A stretch of DNA of 63,305 bases, the filler included, from Sphacelaria rigidula (Eukaryota): NCBI GenBank assembly GCA_964200075.2. It is 11 parts of 11 records of this genome, joined end to end, with 100 filler letters (N's around TTAATTAATTAA, not from the genome) between each part and the next. Parts side by side here need not be neighbours in the genome. Positions count along the whole stretch, not along the records: positions 1 to 5,665 come from CAXNAA020025448.1; positions 5,766 to 11,430 come from CAXNAA020025449.1; 9 more parts are not named here. One strand, written 5' to 3'. The notes under the pieces were generated by a model. That model saw only the letters and a list, made by a program, of their open reading frames with translations. It was not told the origin of the DNA and made no database searches. Shown here in pieces: positions 1 through 10,508 of the stretch (position 1 is its first letter; each line of letters starts with the position of its first letter). The position numbers and the translations under genes are program-made.

Positions 1-190
1 TTCTATATCTAACACCATACTACACTGTCATTAGAGCGGTGAGTGTCGGCTGTAACATAAGTTACCCATTAACATGAGACCAGTAGAACTCGTCGTAGTA
101 TATATTTCTCGTGTTACAATACCCGCCAACCTAGCCAAACAACGTAACATAGGTAACATATCATACTACGTTATCCGAGGTGTGAACCGT

Positions 191-401
191 TGTAATGCGT
201 GAGAGGACCGCGTGCTTAAAGGACCGCGCCGCAGTTCAAAATACCTCAGGATCGACGCTTTTCAAAACCAATCGGGCCCGTCCCTACGGGTACCATGCTC
301 CTGACCTTAACCCCAACACTAACCCTAACCCTAACCCTAACCATAGGGGTGTTCAAATTCCGATGTGGTCCTTTAAGCACGCGGTCCTCTCACGCATTAC
401 A
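191..401. mobile_element. Ginger-like MITE carrying telomere-like repeats (copy 1)
   Basis: Perfect 35-bp TIR TGTAATGCGTGAGAGGACCGCGTGCTTAAAGGACC with TGT...ACA ends and a 4-bp direct flank CCGT on both sides. Homologous copy at 22014-22223. Confidence 0.85.
301..342 (+). repeat. Interstitial telomere-like (CTAACC)n tract inside the MITE
   Basis: Four perfect CTAACC units (319-342) preceded by three degenerate hexamers. Confidence 0.85.
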
Positions 402-1158
402 CCGTGTCACACGGCTCCGAAACCAAAATGGCCCGTATGCCCGCCCACCGTGATACTGGAAATGATGTACTTGATATGCGACACAGCGACCGCTGTACTG
501 TCCGTTGTCCGTTCTCATGTACTTTCATTTCCCCTTTGCACGGCTGCACTGCTAGTAACCTGCAGTATGCTGCTGCCATTGTGCTGCATGCACATACTGA
601 AGAAGAATATGCTACGCCTGTGGGTACTGGATGTGCAGTTACACAGCGGGACTGACTGCAATGTAACGTTGGTGCTGTCTGCACAGCTTGTCTCACCGTG
701 CCTGATGGAGGCGTTTTTGTGATCCCCTGCGTCGACAGACTACGATTTCTCCGACATTTGGTCGTGCCTCTCAACGAGATGGGGGTGAAAAGCATCTATC
801 GGGGGCAATTTTCGTTTGGAGAAAAGTCTGTTGTCGAGTGGGGTGTGATGTGGTGAGCCAGGCAACGTCGATACTTCGATTGTTTACAAATGATGTTCGC
901 TATTTTCGGTTTTGGCTGGTGTTGTGTGTATTCCTCGGTACATTGATGCTAGGGAAGACGCATCGTGTCCAATGAATCATTTTTGCACACGTGACGGCAG
1001 TCGGGGTCGCAACCCACTTACCTTCTTTCCACCGTTACATGGTTACAATAGTTTTCGTCTGGAATAGGAGATTTTCGCAGTTTTTTCGTGGTTGGGGATA
1101 TTGGAAGCTGTTTTCGCGTGACACCGGTTATCTCAGTGAAAGTTTGATCCCAAAGTTT

Positions 1159-2641
1159 CACACGTCGAACAGATCAGCTCCCTACAGCTCGAGCTAGCTC
1201 TTTTTCAGTGTAGATCCCTGGTGAACTATGAGAGCTACATGAGCTACCCATGTTTTTTCTGTGGTGAGTTATGGGAGCTGTATGAGCTACGCCTGTTTAC
1301 TGTACGTGAGCTGCCAACCCGTAGCTCATCAGCTCATCAGCTCATATTCGTCATGGGTGAGCTATGGGAGCTGTATGAGCTACACACGTTTGCGATAGGT
1401 GAGCTACCAACTCGTAGCTCATCACCTCATCTTCGTCCTGCGTGAGCAATGAGAGCAACGCTTGTGTCCCCTGGATGAGCTACCAACCCGTCGCTCATCA
1501 GCTCATATTCGCCCTGGGTGAGCTATGAGAGCTGCATGAACTACGCATGTTTGCCCCGAATGAGCTATGAGAGATGCATGAGCTGCGCATGTTTGCCCCG
1601 TATGAGCTATGAGATATGCATGAGCTACACATGTTTGCCCTGGATGAGCTATGAGAGATGCATGAGCTAGACATGTTTGCCCTAAATGAGCTACGAGAGC
1701 AACGGGAGCTACTCATGATTCAACTATTTGAGCTCAAGACCTACGGGATCTACGCCGATCTTGGAGTCATTCCTGTTCCGATGCTCATGCACGTTGATAT
1801 TGGACGTACACGTGACAACGGTGAGATGTGCACACACCTGTTCCGTTTCGTGTAGCGATGAATTTGCTTCGTGTAAACATCAACAATCAACGTGGCTGCA
1901 TCAGAAGTCATCCGCATTACAGCCACCACATACACACACAACCACAAACGCACACGCCATCACACACACACACATAAGTCGCCCTGCATGGCGACCGCGG
2001 GGGGCAGCAGCTCTAGCCGCGCTCCAGTCGGAAATGATGCCGTGCATCCGGATTCTTTGCAACAGGCGATTGATGTGGAAGACGGGATTACACTTACTCA
2101 CATAAGCACATGTTTGCCTCCGGTGAGCTATTGAGCGTAGCTCATCCCCATAATATGTTTTTCCTGGGTGAGCTGTAAGAAGTGCGTAAGCTGCACATGA
2201 TTTTCCGGAGTGAGCTACAAGAGCTGGGTGAGCTACGCATGTTCGCCGTGGGTGGGCTACCGGACGTAGCTCATCTGCGCATGTTTTCTCTAGCTGAGCT
2301 GTGAGAGCTACATGAGCTGCACATGTTTACCGCACGTGAGTTACCAATCCGTAGCTCATCAGCTCATATTCGCCCTGAGTGAACTACAGGAGCTGTATGA
2401 GCTACGCGTGTTTGCCCTGGGTGAGCTACCAATCGGTCGCTCATCGGCTCATATTCGCCCTGGGTGAGCTATGAAAGCTGCATGAGCTACGCATGTTTGT
2501 CCAGGGTGAGCTATCAACTCGTAGCTCATCAGCACACGTTTACCTTGTGTTGAGCAATCGGACGTAGCTCACATGTGCGCGTTTGGCTACAAGTGAGCTA
2601 CCGCCCGCAGATGAGCTAGCTCATGAGCTGTCCTCCGTGTG
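1159..2641. mobile_element. Non-autonomous hAT-like element with GAGCT-rich subterminal arrays
   Basis: Ends CACACGTCGAACAG...CTGTCCTCCGTGTG match the TIRs of 26786-27094. ~41-bp GAGCT-rich units at ~1180-1735 and ~2100-2630 flank a unique core. The 8-bp flanks match only partly (CAAAGTTT/CAGCGTGT). Confidence 0.7.
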
Positions 2642-2878
2642 CAGCGTGTGATGATCGGGAGATACGAAGCATCCCCCCCACGTTCTGAAATAAGACGCCT
2701 CACGGGCTGGCCGGGTTTCGGGAGTCCTGAGATTACCCAGCCCCAGGTTGAGCATTTTTCGCTCGACTGAAGCTGTTCCAATAGATGTCATAAATAGATT
2801 GCCCTCTGTCCAGGGCGCTTCCAACTTCAATTTATTTCGGTGTTCGTGATGTTGCGGACTCGGATTTATGCGGTGAAA

Positions 2879-3233
2879 AACACGGGATTTTACAAAGTGA
2901 GGATGGATCGTTTATTGGGGATGAAAACCCGGAAGATTCAACTCTTCGTATCGACACCAAATTTTCGAAGTATGCTTCCATTTCTTCACTTGCTGGTAGC
3001 TCCTGGCAACTGAAGGACACCTAATATCCCCCAAAAATGTTTTTTCATGTAGGACCCCGACATTTTGGTATCGAAATCCAAATTTGTATGGCGTGTAGTA
3101 GTTGTCAATAGCTACTAGCAAGTGAAGAAATGGAAGCATATTTCGAAGGTTTGGGGTGGATACGAAGATTTCAATCCTCAGGGATCTCATCCCAATTGAA
3201 AGATTCATCCCCCATTTGTGCAATTCCCGTGTT
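2879..3233. mobile_element. Foldback MITE, internally deleted copy
   Basis: Long imperfect inverted arms AACACGGGA...TCCCGTGTT; homologous to 62151-62604. Confidence 0.75.
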
Positions 3234-5091
3234 CAAACCGGAGTGATCTCGGCTGATCCATTTTACTCTCAAATGAAGTTCTGCCGCACGCACCCGGCCG
3301 GGATATAGTGATGTGGAGTTGCGCGGAAGCGTAAAGTTATATTGAAGCATAAATCGTGTTCGTGTTATCTAATTGACTACCGTCGAGCTGAACGATAGTG
3401 CACGTGTACGTGGATTAATTCGGGTACATGCGGTGCAGATTGATGGAATATCATGGGTATCGGATATCGTCTGCTGTGATGGATTGTGTTATGACAGAAT
3501 GCATGACATATCAGGAAGCCCAATATACGGTCCCACCTACCCTGGTCAGGTGTGTTTTGGGGTGCATTTTAGTCATTGCGTTTCGAGTGGAGAAAGCAGC
3601 TCGGGTGGAGCTTGCAGATTGATGTTTGGTGCGTGAAGGTTATAAGAGTTGAATACAAGAAAAAGGTATACACATTCCCTTGTCCAGAACGCGTCCGGTA
3701 TGTGACAGTCCCTTCATCAAATACTATCGCCGTCGCCCTACATTCGCAAGGGCCCGCAGCAAGCCGGCACTGAGATGCAAGCCGTTTCCTGGCAAATTCT
3801 CGCTAGGTCGTCCCGCTCCAGTCCCAGCCACATTCCTGTTTTCAAGTACACGTAGACGACTTGCTTCCCGGAATGCCATAGACGATGAGTTGCAAACAGC
3901 TGTTTCTCGGGCAGACAGGAGACAGTGTCAAGCGTCGAACAGCTGCACGCTGGGTCGAGGGGCCCCATATCGGGAAGTAACAGCACCACCACCCCCCAGG
4001 TCGCCCAAGGCTCACTCTGGGGCTGTAGGGGGGGAGGGGGGGACCTCTGGGTACCCTGTTTGAGGAGGGGGGACCCCCTGATCGATGGATAATGGCGATA
4101 GTAGTTGCTGTGTGTGCGCACATCGATCTTTTCATAGAGCACAGATCTATGTACAAAAGTACAGTACATAAAATACAGTGATTGCTGCGTGTTCGCGTTG
4201 TCCTATGCAGTTCGCCGCATCATGAATGCAGCCGCTTGTATCTGCGGCCGACGTGAACGCAGGATATCCCCTCGCTACGTGCTGTACATCGCTTCGTCAG
4301 ATTTGGTAAAGCTGTCCGTGTTGCAGCTACAGCGTGCGTTTGCCCCAGGTGGCATACGCGGGAGAGAGAAAGGCCGCCTCCGCCGCCGTCATGGCTGCCT
4401 GTATCCTGGGCGAAGCTGTATGGTAACACAGCCGCAGCTGGTGCGCGCACAAATACCGAAGGGTAGAGGCCGTCGTCCAGGATAGACGAAACGACAAGAC
4501 GCACATCACACTGACTGTGCGCCGTGTAGAGTAGTCCACCTCTATTACACGTCCAGGTGCATGACGAGCTGCAGGGTAATGCATCGAGGGTTGGATATGA
4601 GGTTTGCATCATGACATGAGGTCATGAGATATTCTTTGGAGTGTGACTATGACTGCTTGACAGTGTGTGTCCAAGAAAGTGCAATGTTACTTCCGATAAC
4701 GAAGAATGTGTATTTGTGAACAACAACTGTCTTGAAGTCTCCAAGCCCTAGCGGGGGAGAAAGCTCTTGAAGCGGTCTTGTGACCTTGTTCTGAGTTCAA
4801 GAGGGGTCGAGAGTTAACGTTCATTCAGGAAACCCGCTGGTTTCTGGCGAAGGGTTTTTTCAGCGGCGGACAGTCTCTGCAAAAACGTTCTTGTTTCGTA
4901 CACAGACAGGCGTGCAGTCAGTAACGCGAGGCAGCTCATTGCAGCTCGTTGAACAGAGGGACAGCTACGTTGGCTGGGATCATTGCGTGCAGCTAAGGAA
5001 GAATAGCAGCGCCCAGGAAAGGTGGTGGGAGCGATGCAGGTGATGAGGTGACGTTTAAAATTACTGAGCTTATGCCAGGTGGATCGCAAAA

Positions 5092-5575
5092 TGCATCGGA
5101 GTACGGACGGCATTTCAGTGAAGATGCCTCCAGACGCTTTTTTCAAAAGTATAGGGATTGCGAAACACCGTACCGTTGAGCAACAAGGAGCGGACAGTAC
5201 AGGCCGATTTATTGACCGTGACAGAGCTCGTGCCTACGTACATCCGCACGTGTTTGTCACGTACAATATTTGACGGATCGCTACTCGATTATGAACATCT
5301 GAAGGAGGCACTAGGTCGACATGCAAAATGTTGGATTGATACAGAAATCGATCCTTACGTTGCTGCAGCGGGTGTGCGGAATGCGTTGGCCGCTTGCAAC
5401 TAGCCGGCTGACATGGGAAGAATCGAGGGACAGTGGGGTGCCCTCGAGGAGTTGTTTGCCGTCAATGCGAGCATCGAGCGCGCGTTCCGCGAGGACGAAA
5501 CGTTCAAGGAATTGCTCGCTGGCATGCCTCCCACTGAATTCAAGACAAAAGTGCTCAACATGCTGCAAATGAAGG
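5092..5575 (+). pseudogene. Degenerate Ty3/gypsy gag remnant
   Basis: Peptides EYGRHFSEDASRRFF, ELVPTYIRTC, LKEALGRHA and LLAGMPPTEFK align by eye to the gag at 37100-38269 (KYGEVWTEEASRVFV, QLIPTYIHRC, LLDAVKQHA, LVDGISPPEFK). One frameshift and an in-frame TAG at 5401. Confidence 0.75.
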
Positions 5576-5665
5576 GGGGGGGGGGGGGGCGTACTCTTTT
5601 GTTGACGGCCTTAGGTGGGTGACCATTGACCACGCATCCCTTTCGAGGCGGGGCACGGTTCCTAC

Positions 5666-5765
5666 NNNNNNNNNNNNNNNNNNNNNNNNNNNNNNNNNNN
5701 NNNNNNNNNTTAATTAATTAANNNNNNNNNNNNNNNNNNNNNNNNNNNNNNNNNNNNNNNNNNNN
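5666..5765. other. Artificial contig linker (first of ten)
   Basis: 44 N + TTAATTAATTAA + 44 N. Identical linkers at 11431-11530, 17195-17294, 22959-23058, 28723-28822, 34487-34586, 40251-40350, 46015-46114, 51779-51878 and 57543-57642. A separate 10-N gap lies at 53541-53550. Confidence 0.99.
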
Positions 5766-6126
5766 GACACCTCCGGAGGGCCCCATATAATAACCCATAA
5801 TACCACAAACCCCCCGAGGGTATTATAAAAAAAACCCCCCCCCCCCCCCCCCCCCTCCCCCGCGCCCCGCGATATCGATATAAAATATCACATTATATTC
5901 AATGCTTGTGAAATCATATAGAGCCAACCGCAGGTATGAGCAGGCGAGTAAAATCGCACGTAAGTGAGGACGTCACTCGTCACGTTCCTTGTCTTTTTTA
6001 CATGATTCTTCTCGCACTGTCGACTGTCAGGGCGTGTCTTGGCTAAAAAATAATCGAGATGGAGAGAGTGGTTGGAAGATAATTTTCTCGATCTGATAGG
6101 TCCACCGCATTTCTAGTCTAAGTTAA

Positions 6127-6703
6127 CCCTTAGGCCGGATGTTATGGCAAACAGATTTTTGGCTCACGGGATTGTTCACTTTCATGACGTTCGACCCACC
6201 TTTTGACCCTCAAGCCGAGAAAACCGCCAACACACGTCTCGGACACTTTGCATCACCCTACAGAGAGGAGCCTAGTCTGCTTTTGAGATTCGCTTAGCTC
6301 CGAGGTTCGAAATTGGCGGCGGAACAAAAATCTGAGCGTAAAAATCTGTGCCTCCCGACCCCCGCCAGTTTGGCATAATCTGTAGATCGGCAAGCACAGA
6401 TTTTTGCGCTCGAATTTTTGTTCAGCGGTCAATTTCGAAACCTCGGACCCAAGCGAATCTGAAAAGCCGACTAGGCTCCTCTCTGTGGGGTGATGCAAAG
6501 TGTCCAAGACGTTTGTTGACAATTTTCCCTGTTTGAGGGTCAAAAAGTGGCTCAAATCCAAAAGTGAACAATCCGTGGGCCAAAAATCTGTGTACCATAA
6601 CATCCGGCCTTAGACCGCGAGATTAGTCTTCCTGGATCATACATACTTTTCCCCCTTGAAATTGATGCCGATTCAACAGAAGACTAACCTCGCGGTCCAA
6701 GGG
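6127..6703. mobile_element. piggyBac-like 97-bp MITE interrupted by a nested insertion
   Basis: TTAA on both flanks, CCC...GGG ends, TIR CCCTTAGACCGCGAG-TTAGTCTT. Uninterrupted 97-bp copy at 47386-47482. Confidence 0.85.
6133..6609. mobile_element. PIF/Harbinger (Tourist)-like foldback MITE
   Basis: TIR GGCCGGATGTTATGG...CCATAACATCCGGCC, TTA target duplication (6130-6132, 6610-6612) and long imperfect inverted arms. Confidence 0.85.
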
Positions 6704-8893
6704 TTAAGCTTCAACTTTTCATAATTAGTGGCGCGCGGAGAGGCATTGAAAAGCAACGAAGATTCATGAGCTTTTTCGATTGAAGACATGCGGACGAGAG
6801 GGACCAAGGGGCACTTAAATCCCATCTTCCAGACCACCTCGCCAAATACCACCCGTTCAAAGAACCATGCAAACCCCACATAGCTTTTTCTCAACCACCA
6901 CCGCAACTCGCTGCATGAAGCACGAGTTAGGCACAAGGAGATATGTATACACTGTAGCAGTTTGTTATGCTTCGTGTGTTTTTTGTCGGCGAAAACTTGA
7001 GCATCTCCTTTCATAATAGAGATCGGCGATGAAACTGCCTGGTGGGGTGGGCAACTAACTTGTGTGCACGCTCATGGACGGCAGTGTAAAGCTACACGTT
7101 GTTCGCATTGTAAGCAGAGAGAACATATTGTCCTGCGCTGTCTGTACTGCACGGTGCCCGCTTCTAACATCCTACTGTACGAAACACGCACACACATCCT
7201 CGAGGCACACCGCATGCAACCAGTACAGGCTGTACTGTACACTCTACACAAGTGACCTTGTCCCGCTTCACGAATTTCACCCTCTTTTTCTATTCAAAGC
7301 TTGAAAATTCGCTTGGACCCAACTCGATCAAAAATGAGTCAGTTTCGCTCAAATCAATGCCACCGCCCTTTTTTTTCGATGAAAAAATAATCTGCTACAA
7401 AAAGAAACGCCCTCACACACGGCAAGAGCGGTAGGTTCTCCACGCCCCCTGCACTGCTGCCGTCTTCTTTAGTCGTATGGGGCACATGCACGTGACACCA
7501 GTGGCCCTTTTAGGAACAGTCGCCAGTGTCTTCTACCCGGGGGGCGGGTTTAGCGGCACATAATGAGGACCACGCGAGCAGGTCCACGGATAAAGATCGG
7601 GGGTCACCGACAGCCGAAAATATCTACCTGGCGGTCCGACCCCATTACTGACGCTATACAATTCATTCATCGGCTTTTGAAAGACCTGTTCACGAGTACT
7701 ACACACCTGTACAGCCATTATTGGCGAGTCATGAGCTGTGACTGATGGGGAGAAAATACTTTTTTCTAGATCTTTGCTCCAGTAGACTCATTCATTTCTT
7801 GTTCTGGGTCCACCAAAAATCAGACGTTTGCGTTATTTTCTCTTTTTCGGCTATTCAATTTTGTTTCGGTCCCAAACTTTTTTCGCTCACCCACCACCCA
7901 ACAGCCGGTATCTTGCTCCTAAATATTGGTTCGCGGTATGGTGTTTGGTGAGTTGTCTGACAAGCGGGTAGGCAGCCCGGCGCTCCTCCGCCTTCAGCTA
8001 GCCTCGCAAAAATAGACAGCAAAAAAAAAGTTGCCCGAAATTAAAAACGCCCCTCTTGGGAGAAAATAAGCACTATACAAAAGCACGGGGAAAATGGTAT
8101 TTTGGAATTCCAAAAATGAACTGGGCTTTGTGGATTAATGCTTAGGGAGCAAAGGCCTCGTTTTCACCATGGTACGCTCTCTCGACCAAGCGCTTGCTAT
8201 CCAACTGGCCACAGGGCTAAATTTGTGACTTGTGTGTCGTATCATAGGCACAGCATACAATATGATGCAATATGCCATATGCTTTGCTCATGATGTATAT
8301 ATATAGATATTGAAAAATATCAATTTCATGTCATACATGGCATTTTTTTCGTCAATGTATCGTTTATTATCGAGTGCGATAGCTCTTGCTCATCTAAACA
8401 CGGCAGTCTTTGTTCGAAGGAGAGTGTATTTTGGACAAAAGGCGGTTGTGCGCGAGTCAAATTACAATCGATTGCACGCCGTTGCTGATCCTTCGTATGC
8501 GTGCGCTGTGCGCGCGTCGCACAAAACATCGCTTCTCATCAGTTCTCAAGAAAGTTGAGCAAGGTGACGCACAACGTACTCAGCTGATGAGCAAGCAGCT
8601 ACGGCTCCAGCTGTGTCTTTGGTTTGCGGGGGCAACGCGTTCCTCAGGTTTATGCTGAAGTGGATCGGGTTTCGTGTCGAGCCGTCATATGTGCCCCTGC
8701 CAACGGGACGACTATGTTCCCGTTCGTGCACCCATCATCACTTTTGTCAGAGTGATTTTGGGATAGTTTTCCGGGGGGGGGGGGTATCGCAGCGATCAAG
8801 CACTGGTTGTATTCCTCAAATGTGAATTTTTTATAAGTGATGATCATTCTCGATGAGAACCCGCCTAGAGCGCGGGTCTTCCCGACATTAGAG

Positions 8894-9185
8894 CTGAGGA
8901 TTTGTACGTAAATAATGGTTGGTATTCGATTTTACTTGATTTTAGTCCGAACAAAGTGCTGAGAAAATTCATTGTCTGGGGCAGGTGAGTAGTGAACCCA
9001 GCTCGTCCAGAACGTGTTTTAGTCCAAAATCGGCTGAAAGGCGTCGATTTGAGCTCTGGCAACGCACACTTTGCCTTGGGAATATTCCCCATCCCCTTGC
9101 CCGAGTGTTGTCGGTATGCCTTGGTCGGGGTTAGGGTTGGCGGCATTTCCATATTACCAACCATCGTTCACGTACAAATCCTCAG
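8894..9185. mobile_element. Probable MITE (inverted repeat pair)
   Basis: CTGAGGATTTGTACGTAAATAATGGTTGGTA versus TACCAACCATCGTTCACGTACAAATCCTCAG; no clear TSD. Confidence 0.5.
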
Positions 9186-9304
9186 GTCGCTTCCTTCCCG
9201 ATCAACCGAGCATGTTACCAGTAAATTTTCAAATTGGGAAACAAATTCGACGAAGAAGGTTGCAACCGATTCGATACTGTTTTGATCGGTTTCTGAACCC
9301 CATT

Positions 9305-9529
9305 GGAACCGGTGATGGAAAAGTGACGATTCACAATTGACGTTTTCTTGAGCAAGATGTGGTTGTTTTTCTGCACCTGTTGATGATGTAGTCGACGAAA
9401 ACGATTCACCACTCTAAGTCCAAGTATACTAATGTGACAGATGCGTGCACTGAACTCAAGTGACGTTTCCTGGTGATGAAAGCTCGCATATGCGAGTTCG
9501 TAGATCGTCACTTTTCCATCGACGGTTCC
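9305..9529. mobile_element. Probable MITE (inverted repeat pair)
   Basis: GGAACCGGTGATGGAAAAGTGACGAT versus ATCGTCACTTTTCCATCGACGGTTCC. Confidence 0.5.
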
Positions 9530-10164
9530 GGGGGGATTGATATTATCATGTCCTCGTACAGATGAACTGAATTAATAAAGGTTGAATGATGATGGATGGA
9601 TGGTTGGTCGTTTGTACTTCTTGAACAATGGAAAGACAATATAGTGGACGCACGTCGGTAGTAGTCGAAATAAAATGACCCACATTTGCCATCGACACGA
9701 AATTATCCTTTTTCACTGTACGAGGAGTTGGCGAATAGAGCGGTTGCTGATTTTGTTGCACATTTCCGATTGTGTACTGTGTGGGCTCGTTCTTCACGGA
9801 AATGATGAACCCTTTCACCGCCTAGGCGGGCGATCTGGATCCAAAATTGTTTTTTCAAGTGAGAATTATCCGATTCAACAGATGGACCTACTGTGGCGGT
9901 CAAAGGGTTCATCAAATTCGAGAAAATTATACTTGACCAAGGATGGTCTCCACAACAGGCTGTTTGAGTCTTCGTCAAAAACATTTTTTGTCCAGGTCGA
10001 AGCCTAGATTTGCACACAGTTTCAGAAAAAAAAACAGAAACCAGATATTTCGGAATAGTTATTTTACGTTGACGTATCCAATACCGAGAAAGTGTTTTTT
10101 CTCGAGCTGCGAGCATCGGTTGAAATTTTGAAACAACATCATGCTGTTCGCAGTGATAACGGGC

Positions 10165-10508
10165 GTGTGTGTGTGTTGTCCCATCTGTTCTGGACGCCGG
10201 TCTACACCTTTCGGTACACGTGGGCGCACCAGCCGGGGTCACAAGATGAAGGTCAATATAGGAGTTTTTTTTTTTTAGTACCCCACCTTTCTTCTGCGGT
10301 GGTTCCCTTTGTCTTTTATCGCGAGAGTGTTTCAGCAGTCCCTTTCCCTCGTCGACCGTCAAGTCGAATTTTGTGTACCCACGACATAGCCGCTCTCCAC
10401 TGTTGGGCATTGTGTAAGAAAAAATCCCAGATTGCTGCGTAACTTGAACCCACGACCCAACCGTCAGAAGGTTTCGAAGTTACCAACTGAGCCGCCGGGG
10501 CGACCGGC
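10165..10508 (-). mobile_element. tRNA-derived SINE copy 1
   Basis: Head GCCGGTCGCCCCGGCGGCTCAGTTGG (A box) ... GGTTCAAGT (B box), body shared with four other copies, (CA)n tail. Confidence 0.85.

Noticed and set aside
301..342. True telomere or chromosome end
   Set aside because: Short, internal, and enclosed by TIRs.
195..722. 175-aa ORF with an NPNPNP stretch
   Set aside because: It reads through a MITE; NP repeats are just translated CCCTAA units.
1180..2630. CRISPR-like array
   Set aside because: Units are degenerate tandem repeats without unique spacers, no cas genes are present, and the context is eukaryotic.
9703..10410. 235-aa ORF and similar ORFs at 12783, 51220 and 54794
   Set aside because: Chance open frames across non-coding SINE copies; frames are not conserved between copies.
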